Origin: Octopus vulgaris
Lineage: Eukaryota
DNA length: 64,000 nucleotides
Assembly: GCA_951406725.2 (NCBI GenBank)
Contig: OX597815.1
Coordinates: forward strand, 152,148,001-152,212,000
Direction: 5' to 3'
Shown here: in pieces, positions 54,391 to 63,890 of the stretch
Position numbering within the stretch: the stretch's first letter is position 1
Layout of the letters: the number at the start of each line of letters is the position of its first letter
Made by a program: the position numbers and the translations under genes
The notes under the pieces: model-generated
The model's database searches: none
Told to the model about the DNA's origin: nothing
The model's input: the letters and a program-made list of their open reading frames with translations, nothing else

Positions 54391-57300
54391 TAGGGAGAGA
54401 AAAATTAATGTTTACGTCATTGATATTTGTCAATGAAATACTATTAAAAAGACTGGGACAACTTACAAGGTTTTTAGACTGGGAACATCTTGGAAGGACC
54501 CTTCTTCAATTTTGATGATTTTATTATCATACAACCATCTGTAACATGATAAGTGGTAAAATATTAGGACTAAACAATTAGGTTTATCACAAAATAAATT
54601 GTGTGACATTTAAAGAAAGAAATGTGATATGATTAGATGGGCAAATGCAAGTGTGAACTCTTGAATATATCAATTGACTCTATCAGTGATTAGTATCAAA
54701 TTCTACCATAGTACTTAACATTCCTTTAATTTCTTCTATGTTGATTTTATATTTCAGTGTTTTGAATAATTTATCTGTATATTTTTTGTCTCTGAAAGTG
54801 AGTGGTCTAGCTGTTCGTATTTGCACTCGCGATCACAAGGTTGTTGTTTCGTTTCCCGTACTGGGGTGTGCATTATCTTCTGGAGCAACAAAATACTTCA
54901 TTTCACGCTGTTCTACAGTCATTTCCCCCTTCTCTTCAGTACTAAATGTGTGAAAGTGGTGTACGTGGTAAGCAAGATATAGTACAGTATTTATGATAAT
55001 GTATTTATATATACTTATATATATAGAGTATGTGTTGTGAGTTGAGTAAGGATGTAAGAGATATTAAAATTTTGGTGTTTTTAGTGGTACATTTATTATT
55101 CTAAATGTTGGTATTTCAATATCTATGCAAAATCATGACTAGGACAACTTACAAGGTTTAGACTGGGAAATTTAAAGGACCCTTCTTCAATTGATGATTT
55201 TATTATTACAACCATCTGTAAATGATAAGTGGTAAAAGTATTTTAAAATTCTATCACAAAATAAATTGTTGGACATCTGAAAGAAAGAAAATGTGATATG
55301 ATTAACAAACAAGTGTGATACTCTTGAATATCAATTTACTTATGGAGACAAATTTACTTAACTTAACAGCCATAGATTCTTGTGTTGAATATGATAAATC
55401 ATATAATGAAGTTGGTCTACGTTTCTGAAACAATGTAGATTGATCTTCAACAATACTCCTTTTTGACATATTTCATGTATTAATGTGTGTATTGGTGTAT
55501 TTTGTAACATATATGTTATATAGTATATTTGTTATATGTTATCTTTTCTATATATAGTATTTATAAAGACGCTGTACAAAGTTAAATAGAAAACATGAAA
55601 GTACTTATGAATATTACCATTTGCCTAAATTATCAATTGAAATGATAGCATTCAAACTATCAAATTTGCACTTGTACTTACAAGGCTGAACTTACAAAAT
55701 GTAACTGGAAAGTTATGAAAGGCTCCTTCTTCAATGATCGTGATTTCATTATTATCCTGAAAAACAAATCCTATGTCAAAATCATAAAAATTTGTGTTGT
55801 GGACCCAAGCCCCCAGTAAACAGCCATTAGATTTGTAATACTTTCAACTCCTTGATAACTCTTATATCATTTGTATATGTGACAATATTTACTTATCACC
55901 TGAGGAAACACAACTAGATGTCATAATGCATGGAAACCGTTGCATAAACAAGAACCTGCATGCCTGGATGACTACGTTTCATAGAAACAATAGTAGTGAT
56001 TGAAAATCAATGTCCAACAATACTCCTTGTGGTTGACATATATATGCATGTATATAATTATATATTGCGTGTATTTAAACACATACGCATATACATATAT
56101 GCATATATATATATATATCCACACCTATTCAATGAAAAAACGATTGTTAATGATAATTTTAATGTTAAGGATATACAGTTATCTTTAATGCGCTATAACT
56201 GTATCATATGACAGAGGTATTGTCGACAAGAAACTATAATGAATCCCTATGATATATCTAAATTAAATGATTAGCAGCAATTAAAATACTTCACAAGGAA
56301 TAATTACTAAAAAAATCTAATACTAAAAGAACATTAACTTGGTATAACACTCCTAACACTAAGAACGTAAAATGAAACATACCAAAGTTTTCTTCTTGGT
56401 ATACTAAAGAAACTCTTTCCACTGAAACATAAATATCACAGCATCATTGCATTGATGTATTTATGGTGAAATTCTCATTTTTAACTAGACCTCACCTATC
56501 TGATAACACTGGCTTCTCCTATATATCAAACACTTAGAAATACACGAAAGGCAACCCTAATTTGTGGTGAAACACAACCACTCATACTTATCAACATACT
56601 AACAGACACCTAAGCATCTATAAAATTCCTATTTCTCAATCTATGTTTAGCAACCAAGGGAATGAAAGTAGAAATAATGGCTTAAAACCTAAATGTAAAT
56701 GTAGGTATGAAATTAGTTCCAACTTAGGACAAGGTAATCCTAACAACTCAAGAAATAGGGGGAAGGAATGATAAAACTAACTTCTGCAAACTCAAACATT
56801 ACAAATACTAACGAAGTAATTCCTCATCATGGAATTACGTACTTTCACTAGCAACAATAATAACTGAACAGCCACAAAAAGGATAGCTAATATAAATAAT
56901 ATTAAATAATATTAAAATGATAAGAAGCAATACTATAGTAATACTACTAAATCATAACAAAATGACATGACTATCAGTGGGGGAAGATATAATTTTGCTA
57001 AACTCTCAATGACTTGCAGTGTTTAATTCCCTGACATGTATCATGCTGATACTCTCACATACATACCCACAGTTACAGATACATTTCAACACAAATACAC
57101 ATATATGCACTCACTTATATGTACAAAACTCACAAACTCGCTCTCCTTCATTCTCTGTCTATCTCTCTCTCACACACACACGTATGTGTGTGTGTAGGTG
57201 TGTGTGCAGAGAGAGGAAATTGAAGTGGGAAAGATAAGAAAAGAGAGAAGGAAGGAGAGAGTGAGAGAGAACAGATAGAAAGATTATGAGATAGAGAGAG

Positions 57301-57605
57301 TGGGTCAAAGAGAAAAACAGAAAAAGAGGAAGACAGTTGATATTTGGAAATGCATTGTTAACGAAATAATATCATGTTAGATTCAACTTACAAGTTTCTT
57401 AAATTTGCAAGATTCTGGAATGTTGCTTTTTCAATTTTATTAATTTTGTTATGTTCCAGATATCTGTAACATGAAAGTAAAAGTAAAAATACAAAGCATA
57501 TTTTTGATAAAATATTAAGACATTATGACTAAAGAATTACGCTTATCACGAACTAAGTAATTAAGTGATAATTATATGGGAAATAGGGAGCAAGATCCAG
57601 AGAGT

Positions 57606-57667
<62 letters not shown>

Positions 57668-60600
57668 ATATATTATACAAATCCTTAAATCCATAAAAAT
57701 GTTTCAGCCCAAAAGCTGCAGCCATGCTGGGGCACAACCATTGTATGTGCTACACTAGTTTGTGAAACCACCTCTGATATGTGGCACTTGATCAACAAGG
57801 GAGTTCGACGTCACTGCCCGCATCTGTGTTTCCTGCCAAGAGGTAGGTTCATCTGGTCCTGTATTTTGATAGTGATGTCGGGATCTTTGGCACCATGCAG
57901 TGGCACCCCGTTCTGCTGTTGGGGTAACTTTGAATGCCAAAATTTAGGACAAGACCCTGCAGGATTTTCCAGATGTATATCACTGCATATCTCTCCCACC
58001 TTCGCTCCAAGGAGAAGAGTTTTAATACTTTCAGCCTTTCCCAGTAGCTGATATATTGCATTGAGACGATCTTCTTAGTGTAGCTTTGTTGGATTGCTTT
58101 GAGTTCTGCTGTCAACTTTATATTGTGTGGTGGCCATAATTGGGAGCAGTAGTCCAAGCGGCTGGAGGACGAATGTCTTCCAAAGGACCATCGGTGTCTC
58201 CTTCTCTCTTGTTCTGAAAGTTCGGAGAATCCATCCAGCTAGCCATCTGCATTTTATTACCAAATTAGTAATATGCACTTCGAAAGATGCATCACTGCTC
58301 ATGTCAATGTCCAGGTCATGCACTGATTTTGACTCAGGAATTACAATTCTTCCTGGGCCAGTGTATCCGGTCTGCATGTCGTTCACCTTTGTGTGCCGTT
58401 AGCGCAGGGCTTGGAACTTCCCTGCATTAAACTGCATGTTGTTGTCCTCTGCCCACCTTTATATTGTATCCAACTCCCATTGCAGATGTGCAATATTTCC
58501 AGGGTTTTGTATCGTGTGAGAGACTTTTGTGTCATCTGTATAGCTAGCAAGGATGGCCATCTTAGCAACTGAGGACATGTCTGAGAGGGCCATTTGAACA
58601 GCAGTGGCCCCAAGACAGTGCCCTGTGGAACACTGCTTGTTACTTGTGTTTCCTTGGAGGGGGCTCCATTGGCCACCACTGCCTGCCTCCTATCTTTTAG
58701 GAAGTTGTGCAGCTACTCTTCAAGTTTTCCGCCTATGCCGAGATCACGCAGTTTGTGACAGATCATACCATGGTCGACTTTATCAAAGTCTTTTGCAAAG
58801 TCGAGATATATTACATCCACACTTGAGCCATTTAGTAGCTGTTTTAACACCTAGTCATAGTGTTGCAGGAGCTGTGTTAGACAGCTTCTACCTGGTCGAA
58901 ATCCATGCCTGGTGTCAGTCAGCAAGTCATTTTCTTTAATATATACAGTTGCGGCCAACATGTTCAGAACGGCATTGTTTTTGTCAGAAAAGTAGGTATA
59001 AGTTTTTATCAAAGTTGTTTTATATTCAATAATTTTCACAGACAATAAATACAATATTATTTGTTATAGTCTGAGATTTTGGTGTAATTTGAGAGGATAA
59101 TAAAAAAGTTATGGATGATTTAGTGATTTACTGCAAAACCTATGGCGGCCAAAATGATCAGAACGGTTGCTTTTACTCCATATTTTAGTATATTTAACTG
59201 GCGAACTCTAATGTTTTGAATTTGTTTACGTGACAGTTTGTTTACTAAACATTAGTAAGAATATCTGCAGTGTACTTTGTTAATATAATGCCACTTACTC
59301 CGTTACCAATTCGTCAGCAGATTATTAAGCTTCGAAAGAAGGATAATTTAAGTATTAGGTCTATTGCAAAGATTGTTAACAAGTCAAAAAGTGTTCACGG
59401 TATTCTTAAGGTCTATGATGATTGTGGTTCGTGTGAAGCAAGAAAGTCTATAGATAGGCCAAGAGAGAAGATTGTGCTATGGTAAAGTTGGTTAAAAAGG
59501 ACAGATTTAAAACTGCTGCTGCTATTTTTTGGAAATGAGCATTGTACTGAAGAAAACTTTATCTCGAAAAACTGTGTCTCGTCCTTTAGTTGAACATGAC
59601 CTACAAGAAAGAGCACCTGCAGTGAAGCCACTGATCAGCTCCAAGAATAAAAAGTGTCGTCTTACCTTTGCAACCGAACATGTGTTGTGGTCTCAAGAAA
59701 AATGGCAAACGGTACATTTCAGTGAGGAATCGAAGTCTATGTTATTTGGCTCAGATGGGAAAAGGTACGTTTGTCGAAAAGCAGGTGAAAAATTTTCACC
59801 TAAATACCTTAAGACTAGTGTTAAATTCGGTGGAGATAGTGTCATGGTTTGGGGGATGATATCTGGAGATGTTGTGGGCCCTTTGCTGCGATTACATGGA
59901 AAGGTAAATGCAGGAGTTTATAAACAACTTGTAAAAGATCATGTCTTCCTGTGCTGAGAAATTCAACTAAGCGACCACCCATATTCATGCAGGACAATGC
60001 CCCATGTCACAAGGCTAAGGTGGTCATGAACTTCCTCAAGGCTGAAAAGGTTATTGTTATGGATTGGCCTGCTCAAAGCCCAGACCTCAATCCTATTGAA
60101 AATGTGTGGAATATTCTAGGAGAACGTTTGAAAGCCAGAAATCCTAAAACAACCGAGCAATTACGGAATGCCCTTCAGGAAGAATGGAATAAGATCACCC
60201 AGCAAGAAATTGAAAATTTAATTTCCCCATGCAGTCGAAAATGTCAAACTTTGATTGAAGCTAAAGGGCTTCACACTAAATATGAAATAATTCCAGCATT
60301 CTCTGTCACTTTTTGATTATTTTGTTATTTTTTCAACCGTTCTGATCATTTTGGCCACCGTGGGTTTTGCAGTAAATCACTATATCATCCATAACTTTTG
60401 TATTATCCACTTAACTTACACCAAAATCTCAGACAATACCAATTAATATCGTATTTATTGTCTGTGAAAATTATAGAATATAAAACAACTTTAATAAAAA
60501 CTTATACCTACTTTTCTGACAAAAAGAATGCCGTTCTGAACATGTTGGCCGCAACTGTATATATATGTGTGTGTGTGTTATATACTCATACATATATATA

Positions 60601-63600
60601 CATAGAGAGAGATTAAGAGAAAGAAAAGATAAAAAGGAAAACATATATTCTTTAGAAATATATCGTTCAATGTAATAGCATAAACAAGCCTGATCCAACT
60701 TACAAGGTCCTTAAATTGGCAAGTTTTTGGAAGGTTCCATTTTTAATATTCGTGATTCTATTATTAAGAAGTGATCTGTAACACAAAACAGAATTCAAAA
60801 TCAATTGTATGGAGCTGATTTGCGATAAGATATTAAAAATTACTGCATGCACGTACACACATACACACTCATATCTACATGCATACACACATACATATAT
60901 ACACCCACATATATATAGACATACATAAACACAAACAGGGAAGAAAAATTGTACTTGAATGTGAAAGATAGAATAATATACTATTTTATTGAAGCCAAAA
61001 CAATTTCCCAAGCAGTTTATTCAAAAAATTTGAGCTGGCGTTTCACCTGGTCTCTGAAACGTTGTCTCCTTTGCCCTGTCTGATATCTCTGTAGAATTTG
61101 GTCCTCCATCTTCTGGATTTTGTCTTGTGTGAGATGTTATCCACTCATCTGAAATATCTGAGCAACAGTAAAGTTTCAATGTTAGAGACGTTAGCCTGCT
61201 GGAGGACCTCATTGTTTATGTCTTCCTTTGATGAGTGTACAGTTCCACCATATACGCTTCCGTAGACACTTGAAGAAGCAACTATGGCAGATAAGAAATG
61301 CCAAAGAAGGAAAGAATCACCATCACGATCCAACTCCATCTGACCAAGCCTTACATGCTTGCTCCAAGTACGCCAGAACCAGTCGTTCAAGGATCTGTCT
61401 ACATAGCCACTTAAGGGTTTGCCATACCTCATGATGTTCGGCCATAAAAAGCTTTAATCATCTAAGTAGCAATAATTGCTCCACCAACAATATACATAGT
61501 GGTGGAGCAAACACTGCTATTACCAGCAGTCAGATATCTAACGTCAGTAAGGCCAAAGAAGGCTGAAATCACGTGACCTGGTAGTACTGGCAACAAAGGT
61601 GGCATTGATTGTCTGATAATAGAAACAAGAAGTGCTTATACGCATCACAAGACTGTATGAGAGAGTCTCTCGTGTTAAATATCCAACACAACATCCACTT
61701 GTAAGTGGTGATAAATTTTGCCATACATACATACATACATATGTCAATATATAAGTAGCTAGGCAAGGTCTTCAGTCGATGCTTTTTGTATTTGTATGTA
61801 TGGATGAAAATGTGTATGTGTTTGTGTGTATAGTGTTATAAATAATACACATCCATGTAATATATTCATTGATTGTATAAGGTATTGAGGAGTGAGTATA
61901 AACCTGTTGTTTCGAACTCTTAAAAATAGGAACTAAATACCTTACACATCACACAACACTTATTAAAATATTTACAAATGTAGTCCTAAATATGTATTTA
62001 CAAGTGTGTCTCATGCCTGACAAGCGTTTCGTCAGAATTCTACTCTACAGTGATTAAGAGCTAATCCACTGTAAAAGATTTTTAGATAGAACTGGCACAC
62101 ACAATACATTCACAAATACACACAGATCTACAGACATGCAAACATACACACGTGCACACATGTCTACATAAAATGGGTGATCAAAACAGGGGAGAAAGAG
62201 ATGTCAGAATGTATTGAAAATGAAAGAGTATCAGCAAAAATAATCCAACTCACAAGGTTTCTAACTTCGAAATGCTTTTGAAGGATCCTTCTTCTATATC
62301 CGTGATTCTATTATTATATAGCCACCTGTACAATGTATAGTGATAAAATATTGAACAAACAATTAAACTTATTATAAAACATAAAAACTATGTGACATTT
62401 ATAGAAATTGTTATGAAATGTAATATGATTAAAAGTATCAATGGGTGAATTCAATGCATAAACACGATTCAGTAAATTCTTTCTTTGCTATATTCTATAA
62501 AAAGAAAAAACAGAGCGACCATACTTGTTTAGATTCAGTAACTCAACGTGGTGTATCTAAGTTTCTTTTTACCTCAATAAATCATGTGTGTTGAGAAAAT
62601 ACACCATGTGAAAAGAAGTTCTCAGAATCAATTAGCATTTGAATTTGTGGGAAAGTATTAATAATGATGATGTTCTTCATTGTTTTGACTCTTGCTGTTC
62701 TCCCTGTGCTTGATGATTTCTTGTCAATGTATTTATAGTTTACAGTAAAGGCGCCTGGCTCAGTGGCTAGAGCGTCGAGCTTACGATTGTGAGGTTGTGA
62801 GTTCAAATCCCGGACCGAGCTGCGTGTTGTGTTCTTGAGCAAGATACGTTATTTCACGTTGCTCCAGTTCACTCAGCTGTAGAAATGAGTTTCGACGTCA
62901 CAGGTGCCAAGCTGTATCAGACTTTGCCTTTCCCATGGATAACACTGGTGGCATGGAGATGGTAGGCCGGTATGCATGGGCGACTACTGGTCTTCCATAA
63001 ACAACCTTGCTCAGACTTGTGCCTGGGCAGGTAACTTTCTATGTGCAATCCCATGGACAGTTATGACCGAACGGGGTCTCAGCAACAGTAAACCAGCCAT
63101 GTCAGTATAGAGTATAATATCAACTAGCAGAACCCTCTCTCTCCCTCCTCCTCTCTCACCCTTACAAAGTTTGTAGACTGGGAACTTTTTGGAAGGACGA
63201 AATGCTGCTAAGCATTTTGTTCAGCACGCTAATGATTCTGCCAATTTTCTGTGCTAAAAAACTAATTATGATACTGGTTTCAAGCTTTGGCACAAGTCCA
63301 GCAATTTGTGGAGAGGGCGCAAGTTGATTTCATCGACCCCAGTGTTCAATAGCTACTTATTTTATCGACCCCAAAAGGATGAAAGGCAAAGTTGACCCCT
63401 GCAGAATTTGATATCAGAACATAAAGACAGACAAAATGCTGCTAAGCATTTTTGCTGGGCATGCTAATGATTGTGCCAACTTAAAACTATTCATAATATT
63501 AAAATATAATAATAACATATCAATATGTATGTGCGTGTTAACTGCTTGAAACAAAAAAAACATTCATGTAATATATAAGAAAATCCTTTAAATCACTGTT

Positions 63601-63734
63601 TTATATTAGGTATAAAAATGTAGCCCCAAATACACTGTCAGGAGTGAATGTCATGGCTGGCAAACATTTGGTTACAGCTTTACTCAACTAATGATCAAAA
63701 TCTAAATCACAGTACATTCATGTTAATGCTCTTC

Positions 63735-63778
<44 letters not shown>

Positions 63779-63851
63779 ATTCATGGATATGCAAGCATAT
63801 ACATAACCAGCCATCACACACAAGCAAAAGTATATATAATGAGCATGATAA

Positions 63852-63890
<39 letters not shown>

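Larger units (their letters stand above)
56720..63135 (+). repeat. Segmental duplication unit, copy 2 (expanded by CR1 and Tc1 insertions)
   Basis: Matches 42735-46415 apart from insertions at about 57660-60560. Confidence 0.95.

Noticed and set aside
62750-62820. Possible tRNA gene (also at 46024)
   Set aside because: The cloverleaf is imperfect and it continues into a SINE core.
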